Shown here piece after piece: positions 11,516-24,938 of a stretch of 64,000 nt of DNA; positions within the stretch are counted from its first letter, which is position 1; every line of letters begins with the position of its first letter. Below the pieces are notes generated by a model. That model was not told where the DNA came from, did no database searches, and saw only the letters and a program-made list of their open reading frames with translations. This DNA is from Trichosphaerium sp. ATCC 40318 (taxonomy: Eukaryota; Protista; Tubulinea), in the NCBI GenBank assembly GCA_038496445.1, contig JALMLS010000397.1, positions 310,001 through 374,000 of the forward strand, read 5' to 3'. The translations under genes and the position numbers were made by a program.

Positions 11516-13051
11516 ATGGCAAAGAAGGTGAAAGTAAAAAGCGTTATACTCTATTCTAACTAGTACCAAGGTTTTATTAATGGGAAAGAATGGATCTGGC
11601 AAGACGTCAATGAGATCTATCATTTTTGCAAATTATATTGGTACTTTATCGTTTTAGGATACTCCAGAGCTTATTTTTAATAGCAAGGGATACATCTAGA
11701 CTAGGCGCAACAAGTTCGTTTACAGTTTTACTAACGCACCTTCTAACGCGTAGATAGTTGACGTAGAGCACTCTCACGTCAAATTCTTGGGCGATTTAGT
11801 GCTAAACCTATGGGATTGTGGCGGGTATGATCGAAAACGTACTATTAGTTCCCCTGCTAAACACCAGGATAGTCAAGAAGCCTTTATGGAGAATTACTTG
11901 GCAACAAAGCGTGACCACATTTTCAAGAACGTTGCCGTACTCATATATGTATTTGACGTCGAAAGCAGGGAGTTAGAGGTTCGTTAATTACACTGACTTG
12001 GAATTAAACCGTTTTTTTTCAAAACCTTGTTTTGATTTTACTGTAGAAAGACATGAAGTACTACACAACGTGCTTGGATGCTATTAATCAATACTCTAAA
12101 TCAGCAAAAGTATTTTGCTTACTTCACAAGATGGATACAGTGCCAGGTAAGGCCGCAGAGAAGCCTTCAGAGTTGAACACTGATCATGTTTAGAGGAGAA
12201 ACGAAATCAATTGTTCAGAGATCGTACAAATGAACTCACTACTATATCTATACCTGCAAAGATAAAGTGTTTCGCTACAAGCATATGGGATGAAACCTTG
12301 TATAAGGTACAATGCGCGTTAGCAAACCTTAGTTTGCCGTCAGCTTTTTTGGTTGAAATAATTGAAATTCGAATCACAGTTTCATTGATGGTGCGTTCTC
12401 ACAAGATATAGGCTTGGTCTATGATTGTACACTCTCTCATACCCAATATAAAGAAGCTTACTACTCACTTGGATAAATTTTGTGAGATTTGCCAAGCTGA
12501 TGAGGTACGACATTAAAAATAGCAAGTTAGATAAAAAAAAACCAAAGCTTGTTAACAACAGAATATAGGCTGTTTTATTCGAAAAAGCTACTTTCCTAGT
12601 TATAGCTCATGCAACGAGACATATTCACGATGATCCACATCGATTTGAGAAAATCTCTAACATCATAAAGAAGTTCAAACTGAGTTGCAGGTACTTGAAC
12701 TATGCAAAATTTTTTTATTCGAAAAGTTCATGCTTAGGCTTTTAATTGATTGTACTAACACTGAATGTATAGTAAGTCTAAATCACAATTCTCGTGTATG
12801 GAGGTAAAGAACAATCAATTTGCAGCTTACTTGGAAGAATTTACACCAAACACATACATCATGTTGGTGACCTCTGACTTGAATATTGGTAAGACTTTTT
12901 AGAACCAAAAAAAAAAAAGCTATCTCAGACACTCACAACTTTTTACCATGTATTTCTTATCTTTTTAATTGCTTATATTTTTATACTAGAATCTATGACT
13001 ATGCTTGTTAATATCAAGACAGCGCGAGCAGTTTTCGAGAAATTGAGTTAA
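11516..13051 (+). CDS. RRAGA: Rag GTPase RagA/B (Gtr1), TORC1 amino-acid signalling
   Basis: Spliced protein [87 protein letters not shown]; about 10 short introns. Confidence 0.96.
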
Positions 13052-13326
13052 ACAGAAAACTCACCATTTTTTAGTTTTTGTTTTCGAAAAATACACTAAT
13101 AAACCATAGTGCTAAATAGGCTGTCTTGTTCGTTATATCCACCATGCGCTACTAGTCACTTACATATATATGGTATCATTGAGTTTCCCAGTTTAAAGCA
13201 TTGAGAGAGCACAGCACTCTTTTAATAAACACCAAGCGTTTCTAGCCATTTTTGAGTAAAAAAGCACGTGAACTCTTAGTGTTTGATTGACTATTGTAAT
13301 CTGTTATTACAACTTAAAGTACATTC

Positions 13327-15219
13327 ATGCTCTTACGTGGACTAAAGCGTAGGGGTTTACCAATAGCAAGAAAGCGTAAATTAGTTCCCATAATTCAAAT
13401 ACGCAACAAGATGAGCACTGTTACCACAACAAAAAAAGCGTGTATATTTGGCGCTGGAGCCTTTGGTTTCGCTATTGCATCACTCCTTGGGGACCAAAAC
13501 CCTGAATACAGTGTAGTTTTATACGATCCAGTAAAATCATACATTGACCTCATAATTGCTGAGAGAAGGCATCCAGTATTCCACACAGGCATACAATTGC
13601 CAGAAAATTGCACTGGTTCCCATAATGTGGAGGACGCAATAAAAGACGCCGACTTGGTCTTCTTAGCGGTTCCGGCCGCTTATTTGCGCGATTGCGTAAA
13701 GAAGATAGCTCCTAGCGTGAACCGTTCGCCAACAACCTTTGTTAACGTTGCCAAGGTACCCTTGTCTCATAAACAGCATCAACAGTCGTTTGTGACGTCT
13801 ATTGTAGGCTTTAGAACCAGAATCAAACAAATACGGATCAGAAATTGTGATTGAAGAATTAGAGAAGGGTTGTAAGCAACCATATCATTTCGCAGCGCTT
13901 GCTGGTGGTATGATTGCTGATGAAGTAACACGAAGTACGTTGAGAATTGTAAACTCGTAGACTCAAGTGTCAAAGTAACATAATATCATTAGAATGGCCT
14001 ATAGCCGCTGATTTAGCTTGCGAAAACATAGCAGTCGCGCGTAAAATACAGGTAAACTCATTTTTCCCTCTCGAGATACAAAACCGTTTTTCTACGACTC
14101 CAATGCACTATACGACGCCTAACATACGTTAAAAAGGGTATGCTACAATCTCCAACATTCAGAATTCTCGTCACAGATGATGTTGTCGGTGTAGAACTCG
14201 CAGGAGCATTGAAAAATGTAATGGCAATCGGCGCAGGCTTCTTTGATGGTACGACCTCAAGTTTGAACAAACCACCATCACCCACAAAAACCGTAATGCT
14301 TTCTATACTACGCTCCTTTTTATGACTGCACAGTCGTAAAGTTTTTCTCTGTTTTGTAACGGTAAAGACGAAAATCACTTTCTTCAATTGAAAAAATGTC
14401 TCATTGTCTTTTAAACACTCATCACACGTGTCTGGCGACATTTTATTTATTATTTTTTTAATCATTGATTAGGTATTGGATACGATGCTAGTTCTAAAGC
14501 TGCGTATGTATCCACAGGAGCGAATGAGATGCGTTCCTTGGCGATTGCTATGGGTACCTTATTTTTTTTTGTATTTTATTTTATATTTTATATTTTTATG
14601 ACCTTGTGTCTACTGCTCATCTCGTAAAGACTTTATAATGAAAGAAAATGCAGTCTTATGTAGAACCGTTATTCTATAAAAAACCACGCTTCAGCACAGG
14701 CAATTCGCTAGCTCACTTTTTTTTTTTGATAGGTGCGAAAGCAACCACTTTTGATCTTGGCTCTCATGCATGGTTAAATGACTTGCTTACAACATGCTTT
14801 GGAAAATCAAGAAACAGATACTTTGGTGAACTGATTGGCAAGGGCAATTCCGTTGAAGGTACATTTCAACAAGTTAAAACAAACAAAAAAAGACAAGTTG
14901 TTGACAAACATGTTTTTTATTTTTTTTTGGTTTTTTCCACAAAGTGAGTGATTTCGTTAACAAGTTGTTCTCAGAGGCCTTGGCTATCTTAGCAAAAGAG
15001 AAGAAACGATCAGAAGGATTTGTATCAGTACCTGGTTTGTACCAGATTGCAAAAGAAAAGAATATCAACACACCAATCCTCAATACAATTAAAGTACGTT
15101 ATGGACTTTCTTAACAAGAAAAAATTTCCCATCTCCTAATTTTTTCAAAGGCTGTTCTTTTAGATGGTAAGAAACCTCAAGATGTAATATTGGACATGTT
15201 CAAACCATCCAAATTGTAA
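13327..15219 (+). CDS. gpsA: NAD(P)H-dependent glycerol-3-phosphate dehydrogenase, bacterial GpsA-type, with putative mitochondrial presequence
   Basis: GAGAFG Rossmann motif, FLAVP, AKGLE, AGGMIA, DDVVGVELAGALKNVMAI (catalytic Lys), DLLTTCFGKSRNRYFG. Arg/Lys-rich, acid-free 28-aa N-terminal extension. Confidence 0.92.
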
Positions 15220-15386
15220 TTAACGCAAAAAAAAAAATAAATAAAAAAACCCAACAAACATTTTTCCTACAATGGCATTCATTATTGCGTTTACCAAAAA
15301 AAGAACTACCAATTTGAAATCAAAATTCAAAAACAAAATGCATTGACTTATGTTCGAATAACGAATGCATTTATTTGTTTTACACT

Positions 15387-18300
15387 CTATTCCTCGAAAA
15401 TATTTCTAACAGTTCCAAATACGCCGCCAAGAGGATTAGGATTAATTGCACCGGTTGTCTCACTTACTAAGACAACTCCTGGACTAGAACTTCCAGAAAC
15501 GGAAGAAGATACACTGTACGCAAGTAGCTGGGGAAAAAAAAGTAACATTAGCACCACACTAAACAGTGAAAAAAAAAAAAAAACTGCTTACCTCCAAGTC
15601 ACCTGTGGCAACTACTGGAACACCAAATCCATTTGTAATGAAATTAGCAGGTCCAATTCTACTTACTCCACCTAATCTGTACAAACCGTCTTCGTGGTTT
15701 ACGTAGTAGTTACCACCTGTTCTAGCTAAACCATAGCCTTCACCAGAAGAAATACATCTTTGACGATTCAATCTTGTATCTTCGCAAGGAGTATCAGCGC
15801 ATGAACAAAATTGATTAAATGGAACCCATGTGTTACTCTGCAAAGTAGCTGTAGCAAAAAAAAAAGTTAGATGTTGCCAGAAAAAAAACTAGCTCTGAGA
15901 GCTACTTACCAAGACCTTCAATAGTAAAAATACTAGAAGCTGATGTGAAGGATCCAGCTGCAACAACCTGACCTCGGAAATCAATAAGAGAAGCAACATC
16001 ACCAGATATTCCAGAGACTACACGAGACCTGAAAAGGGAGGGAGGAGTAAGTCTTACAATTCACAACGTACATAACCTTAAAAATACGTACCAAGTGTTG
16101 GTGTCAACATTGTAAACTGCAATAGAAGGTGTGGCAATACTTCCAGCATGTGAGAATTCACCACCAACATAGAAGTTTGAACCAGCACGTAACAATGAAG
16201 TAACTGCTCCACCAATAATACCACCTATAAAAAAAAAAAAAGGTGTAAGATTATTTGTTCGTTGTTTTAGGAAAGGCACTAATAAAATACCTTCGGCGAA
16301 AGCGGCAAAAGTGTTATCAGCGATATTGTAGAAAGCAATGTTTGAGGCTGGAACACCACCTGCTTTTGTAAACTGGCCACCGACAACTAGATGGGTGCTA
16401 TTATATTCAGCAATAGTTCTAGCTTGACCAGGTACAGCAGTATAAGTGAGACCAAAGACAGTTGTCTCAGAAGTAATAACTAAAAAAGAAGAAAAATAAG
16501 TAATCTAAAAATCTATAATATGAAACATTGCAATCACTTAGTCGTTGATTTTGTATCAGACAAAGATATTTTCAAAGAATAAAAAATAAAATCAATTGAT
16601 TCACTTTTTTAGTGTCACAAAAAGAGTACCTCCAGGTGTAGCAGCAGGTCCAAGTGGTCTAAAAGCACCTGTTATAGCGTTGTATGAAACTATGCTGTTG
16701 ACTGTTACATTATCTAGAAAAAAAAAGAAACGTCAACACCAAAAAAAACACTTATTCTTTTGAATTAATCAAAAAAATAATCAACGTACTGATTCTCTGG
16801 ATTAAACCACAAAAGTACATAAGGTCGCCGGTATATTTACTGTTTATAAAGGTGTTTTCATTAGTACCAAAAGCTTCAGTATCTTGTCTTGTAATATCAC
16901 CTAGAGTGATATATCTGGTCTCCGAAGTGTCTCCTAATTCAAAAAAATGAGTATTTATTTAAAACGAATATAAACAAAAGTCAATGACCACGTACTGTTG
17001 AAAACGTAAGCAAAACTTCCGTATGCAGCAACATCTGAAGTTCTTGTAATTGGTGCACCGTAAGCATAAGTGATGTTACCACTATGAGCAATAGTAGGTG
17101 CTCCACTTGCAAGTGTAATACCACCACCGAGACCAGGAACAAGGTTACCTGAACCGTCTCTTTCGAGCCAACCAGTGGTTAGTCTTTGAAAAAAAAAGTT
17201 AGTTAACAGAACATAAGCAACCAAGACAAAAGAAATGAGAAAAAACAAAAGCAAAAAAAAAAAAAAAAAAAAGAAAACTTTAGCACGCACTTGTTTCTGA
17301 TAGCATATCTAGGATCTGTAAAACAACCACCAGCATTTCCCCATCCGCAGTCAGAATTGGTGTTGGCTGTTTGGACACGTTGCTCATAGAAGTCAGCTGC
17401 ATCAACGCGAACCAACAATTTATCAGTATAGTACAAAGCTTGTACTGTATCCACGGCACTAAAGTAGTCTCCAACTGTACCAAATTCACCAGGACTCTGC
17501 TCAGCTGCGGTGGTAGTAGGAAGTGTTCCAGAGAGAATACGAGTAGTTGTGTATGTTGATGTGTTACTAGTAGGACTAACTACGCTAGGATCTAGAACTC
17601 TATGGGCAACGGTATTGACAAAGTACACTGTCTTTGTAGCTTCATCAACAGTAAGAGCACGGATATCGCCGCTGAAGACGACAAAAGTGGCTTGAGCATC
17701 GACACGCTTTAAGTCAAGAACACCAACCCATGTGACACCATCTGAGGAATGATATTAGCGAAGAGAAATATAGCAAAAGGAAAAATAGATTTAAAAAAAA
17801 CGCGAAAAATTGCTTAAAGCTACTTGCCTGTGGATGAAACAAGATCAAAACTCTCAGTGGTATTAGGTGACACTTGAAGTTCAGTGATTACACCCCACAT
17901 GTACATGGTTCCAGCGCCAGCGCTAGTACTTGGTGTACGGAATACCCTCTTACTGGCTGAATTTACATTAACCAAGTTCGAAGAAACGTTTACGTTTTGT
18001 CCATCGTTTGACCAGGTTAACTCTGTTCTCCAGAAAAGACGGTTGTTACTATCAACAATAACGACTTTGATGTCACCATCAAATAGGAAAAGTCCTTCGT
18101 TTTTACAAACTGGAATACCAGTTTGGTTACCATCATTCTCCCAAACTTGTGAAAATGTGCTCTACAAGAGTTGGTTAACACCAAAAAAAATTTTTGTCAT
18201 TTTGCGGTCGTATCGGTGTACCTCTACAGTAGAGTGCTTTGCAAGATTTTGAATTTCTCTTCCAGAAGAGGCAAAAGCACCACAAGCGTAAATTGTCGAA

Positions 18301-19072
18301 GTACCATCAAAAGCAAGAGATATAACAGGTGAACTAGTAATTAATATCAGTAATTGAGAATGAGAATAAATAACAAGAACGGGCGTAAAACGCTCTGGTT
18401 TTTTTTTCTTTTCGGGTATGTAAATTCATTCACCTGAATCTTTCTCCAACTTGCGTCCAAATGGTTGTAGATGGATCGTAGTGTAGTACATAGTTATTTA
18501 CAGCAGCGAAAAATACGCCACCAGGAGAAGCAATTACTGCTCTAACTAAAGGAGTGGCTGATTCCAGAGCGAAACCAGGAGGAGGAGGCGTATTTAACCA
18601 AGTATTGTTTGCAGTAGAGAAGCGACCAAGAGAGAAGCCATCTACGTCATGTCAATAGGTATTCAGTGACAACAAAAAAGTAATCGAGTTGTTTGTTCGG
18701 GTTGGAAGTAAAGTAGGCAAAGAAGCCTAAATAAGAAGTTGTAACTTGAAAGCGCTTCCCAATGCAATAGGCCGTTTTTTAAAAAGCGGTTGGTTGAAAA
18801 AAGTGGTTTGGTACAATTGGGAGGTTTTTGGGTATTGTAATGTGTTGTTGCGCTACGTACCAAGGTTTCTAACACCAACTTGCGCGAAGGATCCGATACC
18901 AGTGTGAAGGATTACGTCGTTAGAATCTATCGCAGCTTCTACCAGGCAGAAAAATCCTACCAGGCACTGCACAAACGGGTTAGAGCCGAAGAAAAAGTCA
19001 CGAAACCGGTTAAAAACCGCATTCTGAGCAACATAAGCGTACCAAAATTATTGCCGAGGTAGATAAGGTCAT
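15387..19072 (-). CDS. Secreted beta-propeller repeat protein (Rax2/Kelch-like blades)
   Basis: Spliced signal peptide MTLSTSAIILCLVGFFCLVEA. Repeated blades: IYACGAF, LVVGGQFTKAGGVPASNIAFY, FYVGGEFSHAGSIATPSIAVYNVDTNTW, VVAAGSF. Stop TAG at 15387. Confidence 0.8.
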
Positions 19073-19972
19073 TTCAAGGTATGTTTAACAAAGCAAAAAA
19101 TTGTATCTTAACACTGCATTAAGCAAACTTTCGACTAATTTGGATGTTTTTCTCAAACAAAATTACTTCTTTCAAAATGCTGTAAGTTATTTGTACGTTC
19201 CCCAAAAGCACGTAGGTATTATTTATGCAACTCAACGTAAATAATGAGGCACGTTAAGACGTGTACAATAGCACCAGTGCTAGCACTGCAACGCAATGAT
19301 TTCATATTAGAAACAGAAATTAAAGGCGACGAAAACGTTCTTTGCGCTGGAGCAAAGTGAGAAAAGTTATTGGGTCATTTTTTTATTTACTGGTTCTATT
19401 TTGCATAAATAACTCACTGTTGAAAAACTTCATCCTGCAAAGGTAAACAAAAAAGGGTATGGTGCCAGATAGCGTCAACTAAGACTCCGTTTTGGTCGGA
19501 AGAATCACACGTGATACAGTAGTGATTTGACCGTAAAATATGACAACAATTAAAGCATCACATGCTTTTATACTGATTGCCAGTGGTCCGTGTTGTCCGT
19601 ACTAAATTCACATGCTAAAACGCGTACACATGCTTGATCATAAAAGGAAAAGACGCTCCGGGCACTCTCTGAGATGCTTCCTTGATGCCCACGTGTTTTT
19701 TGTTAGGTCATGCAAATTCTTGAATGGCAAACAATGAAAAAATACGTTGAGTAACTCCTCGGAGCACTCTAGAGCGAACACTATTAACTGTCCGAGGACT
19801 TTAAACTGCGAACTAGTGTTTATAGATGAAAATTGCCTGAATAAAGTCTAAATCACGTTTTGGGCTTCGTACTACTATAAAGTTGACACACCAACAAAAT
19901 CCAGACACATGTGTTCCCTAAATTACTATAAGTACCGGAACGTCGCAACGGCAGAAATCTAGATTTAGTAAA

Positions 19973-20755
19973 ATGACCAGTGATTATGCACCAACTACAA
20001 TACAAGTGTTACAGATTGTTGAGAATTTACACAAAAGCCTTGATGGTGTAAGCCACGATTTATCCAGTTGCAAGCAACAGATGATAGAGAACAAGAGAAA
20101 GAATGCTTACTTGGAGCATCAGTTGAGCTTGTCAGGTATGTGTTAATAACATATAACGCTTCAGAATGACGTTATAGTTCCATCAACACACGTGCTTATT
20201 TTTTTTCCTTTTAGAGGGATTTATCCTATTGGTTAATATTAATACTCTCATGCTCCTCAACGAGTTCGTAGATAAATTTCTTTATTGGAGCGGCGCTTAT
20301 GAGCGCGATCCTAACCTTAGCGTCACATCATTTGTATCACCGGAGTACGTGGTGAATAGTTTGGTTTTTTTTTCTTACACTCCTCGCAAATTGTACCAAA
20401 ACTCATCATATTGTAGCTGTCAGAGCGCTGTTCACCTACTATTCAATAAGTTTAACGAAGCACGAAACAAACATGGATTAATTGCACAACTTGATACAAG
20501 GATTAAAGTTGTTGATAGGTATGGAGAATTACATCAGGTACGTTGTTAAAAAAACACACAAAAAACGAAAGAAAAAATCCTTGAAGAATCAGGCGTTAAT
20601 AACGGGTTTAGGTTAAACTACGACTTGCTGCTACACACGTGCCCAACGTTGCTAGAATGAAATTGGTGCGATAAACCTTTCTATGGTGACATTTCGCTTT
20701 GGTACCCTTTTTTTTTACCAAGCACTGTATGCGAGCGCATGCAATGTACAGATAG
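19973..20755 (+). CDS. Small coiled-coil plus PAS-like domain protein
   Basis: Exon 1 is a coiled coil (LSSCKQQMIENKRKNAYLEHQL). It is followed by GFILLVN..SVTSFVSPDCQSAVHLLF..IKVVDRYGELHQVKLRL, a PAS/PAC-like pattern. Last exon uncertain. Confidence 0.5.
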
Positions 20756-21989
20756 ACCTGCGAGTCTAACAACTTTAACCAAAAAAAGTTGAGTGTAAAA
20801 TATTTATTAAAATAAAAACGGATCTGAGGATCTCAACCCATCTACTAATGCCCAACATGATTCTACACATAAAAACAAGGCCTCCACTTGCGGGTTTTTA
20901 AACTATAAACTTCCGCTGTGACGTTAGTGGGACAAAATACTGCAAAAAAAAAAAGAACCTGTGAACTAGTTCATTGGCCACTTCACTTCACTTGAAACGG
21001 TTTCCTTTTTTTTTATTTTCATAACAATGTGGTCTACAGGTATCGTGGGTAGTTTTAACGTACATGATAATAGTGCACATGTGACAATCGCGCAGTTTCA
21101 TTTTTTTAAAAACCTCAAAGCTTCTTTCAGGCGCACGGATTCGTTTACGTGGTGGTGTTACCTCATACGATTGTCCCCAGTGTTACATTATAATCATTGA
21201 ATGCTCCGCAAGCCACTGCTGATGTTAAAAAAGCACTACGGGCTATAGCAACATCAATACATACTTGCGTTGTTTGACATTTCTTTGAGAATCTTCCGCT
21301 TCTCAAACAATCGTTGTGTTCGTGATACCTAGGGTATTTGCGTGAGTGGTAAACGAATAGGGCGACGGTAGTGCTTCTAATGTATCGTTGACGTGCGAGA
21401 TAAAACAAAGGCTTTGTATTATCGCCACAAGTATCGATTCCACGTGGAGAGCTACTACAGAAACAATGTTGTGTCCACAAATGTCGAAGTATATTGTCTT
21501 ATTTGGCCGTAACTGTTTCTCCTAGCAATGCCCTGTATGTTTTCTATGGGCATGTTAAATAATAGTGCGAGACAATACACGTCAGATAATGTTGTACAAA
21601 AAAATCTTGAACACTCTGAGAAAAACAAAGAAAAAGAGTAAACTCAAGGAAACTTATTAATACGAATTAATATACTTTAAGACGTATATAAGCGTAAGAA
21701 TATCCATTAAAATTACATAGGTTTTTTACGTGAGTTATACTCTAGTAAGTACGCACGTGCGTGTATTCATGATAAACAAAACGACCAACTGGGAATTCCC
21801 AAACTTTAACAACATTTAGGTGTAGTTTGTCAATTGTTACTACCTTCACAAAATACAAAGTCTCGGCATGTATCACCAATAAACATAAATAACAATATTT
21901 GCTCGAGAAAAAAAAAAAAGCATTCGACACGTTAAGTAGGGATGTGTTAAGACAGGAGGCATTTCGCCAAACGACAAAAAAATGCTATC

Positions 21990-23748
21990 ATGGAAAAGGA
22001 ACCAGCTGATGATAGCCTATTAGATACTGTTCTTCGCCTGGACATTAAAAACACAAATTTCTACGATCTACCACAACTGGAAGTGATTGTTTCTGAAAAC
22101 CCCAGTAATGTACATGAGGTACCACGTGATACTCAAAAAAAATAAAAAAAACCCAAAAAACAAAGCGCTAACTCCTTTTTTTATCATTTAGTTCTTTTTG
22201 AAAGTCACGTGGAGGCATTTTACAGATAATCCGTCTCCACAAGTTACTCTAGTTCGAAAATATACTGACTTTCGTGTTCTATACTACAACGTACGCCATT
22301 TAACGTCAATTATGCGATTTTGAAGTATACAAAGCTTAGAACATCTGTTGCGGATGGCTCATTGGCGTTTCCTGACTTTCCAAGGAGAACATTATTCGAA
22401 CCAAGTAAAGAGGATCAACTGTTCCGTAAAGAGAGCTTTACCGCAATAATAGCGTTTATTACATCAACATGGAAGGCTGTTATTCAGAAATCTTTCAGAT
22501 CTTTTCTTGATGCAAGATACCGTTTACAACTTTTTTTGATTTCTCTAATCTTTTATACAGATTAGTGACTGTGCCTGGTTTGTTGAGATAACTTTAGCAG
22601 TAACAAGATTATTTCATTTTCAATGTCCAAAAGAAACTACCTTGGAGGCACGTGTCAGCTCCCATGGTTCTATTCAAACGGCTAATTTTTCTCAGGGAAT
22701 GAAAGCAATGGGTTCTTGGTTGGCGGGTATAAACGATGATACAGTAAGAACTACGCTGGCAGAAGTATCTCTAACACATCAAATTGATTATCGCTCATAC
22801 ATGAGAGAAGCAAAGGCGTTCAGTTTATCATATGGGTACGGTTCTTTTGTTTTTCTTTTTTTTGTTTCAGTTCTTTAACAGTTTTTCAGAGTGTATCTTT
22901 CAAGTATTCGAACAACTCTGTATCAACTTACAAAGGATTTTGAAAGAACTAATATGGCTAACTTATCATCTCATATACTATCATTAACACTTGACGTAAA
23001 CACTGCATTCGATGCTGTGTGTGCACTACTATTAAAACTTAAGACACTAAAAACTTCACTCAAAAATATAAAGGAAAAAGTAGCGATAGAATTAAAGACA
23101 TGGAGAGGTGGTAGCGCACGTGATTCAGGGATAAAAATATTCCCGCCAGCATTGCCTCTGGCTTTTGTATCTTTTGCACTATTCCCTGTAGTTTCACCTC
23201 TTTGTGTTGTTTCAAAAAACACAATGGACGCACAAACTGATGATAGCGAGAGCGATATTCTTTGGTCTTTTGCTAAGTTCTCTGAGATTTCTTTCATGCC
23301 TAAATTACAATGTGAACTTGTCTATAATACCTTTTCAGCTACTGTGAATGCTATAGCCGATCAAGCAAAGATATATCGAAGTATAAAAAAGATGATAAAA
23401 GTATTGACAAATCTTATTGAACAGTTTTCTCAATCGGTACTAGTACTTATTCTGTGCGATCCCACTGATTCTTTAAACTTATTTTTAATATAGAACGGAT
23501 TTCCTAGTAACTGGAAGAATGTTGTAGAAGAGCTAGAAGGTATGACAAACGAATTTTGGGATCCAGTTAAGAGCAAACTGCTCACACCAAACGGTGCAAA
23601 AAAAAAAAGGAAGTCACATGATCTTATTGTTGTAGGATTACCACTTATTTTGAAGAACCTGAAAGACGCATCAAAACTTATGGATAAATGTACAGAACCA
23701 CTTAAACAATGGGACTTTCTCAGAGACAGTGATGAAGAAGATGTGTAG
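21990..23748 (+). CDS. PX-domain protein with helical C-terminal region
   Basis: LVRKYTDFRVLYYNLR..FPDFPRRTLF..RKESF..FRSFLD is the PX signature. The model needs a GC-AG intron at 22512-22560. Confidence 0.75.
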
Positions 23749-23957
23749 CATTTCTACAATCAAAATAAAATTAATATAAAATCCACTGTGTAATCCTAAA
23801 TAGTGCTTCAACACTACGAATACTCAAAACACAAACGCATCAGAAAGACTCTTAAGAGTTGTAGTATTGCCTCTAAGCTAGTTGCGCTTCTGAAACGTGA
23901 TCAAATGTGAAACATCTCTTAAGTTGTTCAATACGCCTTAACTTCAGAAGTAGTACA

Positions 23958-24638
23958 ATGGCTCTGTTAGACTTACCATTTGAGCTTCATAAAGTCATTT
24001 GCTCTCTCGATCCAGATATTTACATCTTGTGGCCTCTTTTAAGTCGTAGGGCAGCACTATCATCAAGATTTGATAGTAGTTTACAGAAAAATGGTTTATT
24101 TGTTAAATATCGCCTCAAAACAATGATAAAAAAGTGTTATTTCGTAAATGGAAAGGCTCATGGGGAAGAGAAGATATGGAACATGCGTGGGCAGTGCATT
24201 TCATTAATCAATTACAAAAACGGAAAAATTGATGGTGATAGATGCACGTGGTATGACAATGGAAAAAGAAAAGCAAAGTTGAATAACAATGGCAAAAACT
24301 ACCGTTGGCATTCAAATGGTCAGGTTGCTACTGAGTGGGAAGAGGATAATGGGAAAGTTGTTGGTCCGCGTATATCATTCAATAGGTCAGGCTTGGCCAT
24401 AGAGAAGTTGTTTTTTGTTGAAAGTGCCCTTGAAGGAAAATGCTCTTATTACTATCAAGATGGTAAACTTTTTGGTGAGTCTTACTATAAGAAAGGTCTT
24501 CTTCATGGAAGTGAAAAGCGCTGGTGGCCAAATGGGACCTTGTATACTTACGAGATGTATGTGTATGGTTTCTGTGTTGTACAAGAATCTAGGACATGGC
24601 TAAAAGATGGTACACCAGTAAGACATACAATGTGTTAA
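23958..24638 (+). CDS. Intronless F-box-like plus MORN-variant (YwqK-like) repeat protein
   Basis: MALLDLPFELHKVICSLDP is F-box-like. Repeats NGKAHGEEKIW, NGKIDGDRCTWYDNG, LEGKCSYYYQDG, KGLLHGSEKRWWPNG. Confidence 0.85.
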   Translation: MALLDLPFELHKVICSLDPDIYILWPLLSRRAALSSRFDSSLQKNGLFVKYRLKTMIKKCYFVNGKAHGEEKIWNMRGQCISLINYKNGKIDGDRCTWYDNGKRKAKLNNNGKNYRWHSNGQVATEWEEDNGKVVGPRISFNRSGLAIEKLFFVESALEGKCSYYYQDGKLFGESYYKKGLLHGSEKRWWPNGTLYTYEMYVYGFCVVQESRTWLKDGTPVRHTMC

Positions 24639-24938
24639 CGTGTGATTATACAGAAACTGAAGTATGCCTTCCAACAAAAAAAACCGTAGTTACAAGTTTG
24701 TGCAAGCAATTCTTGAATTGTTCAATGGGTAGTGCTTGCTGTGTTCAATATCTTTTACTTAAGTTGACAATTTTTGTATTTTTAGTAGAGTGTAAAGGCA
24801 GCTTCTCTGTCAAGTCGTTCTATGTAACGAACATAAATCACGTGAATTTAATTGGTTTATTTATTCTACAAGTTTTTTACTCCCAACTAAAGAATGTACA
24901 TGCCTCCGTAGAGTCCTATTGCTAAATTAAATATCACG

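Noticed and set aside
19060-19120. Possible AT-AC (U12) intron at the start of the beta-propeller gene
   Set aside because: A start at 19072 with two GT-AG introns gives a clean signal peptide, and there is no ATATCC donor.
19735-19810. Inverted repeat TCCTCGGA/TCCGAGGA in a divergent promoter region
   Set aside because: A single 8-bp stem with no supporting motifs, compatible with chance.
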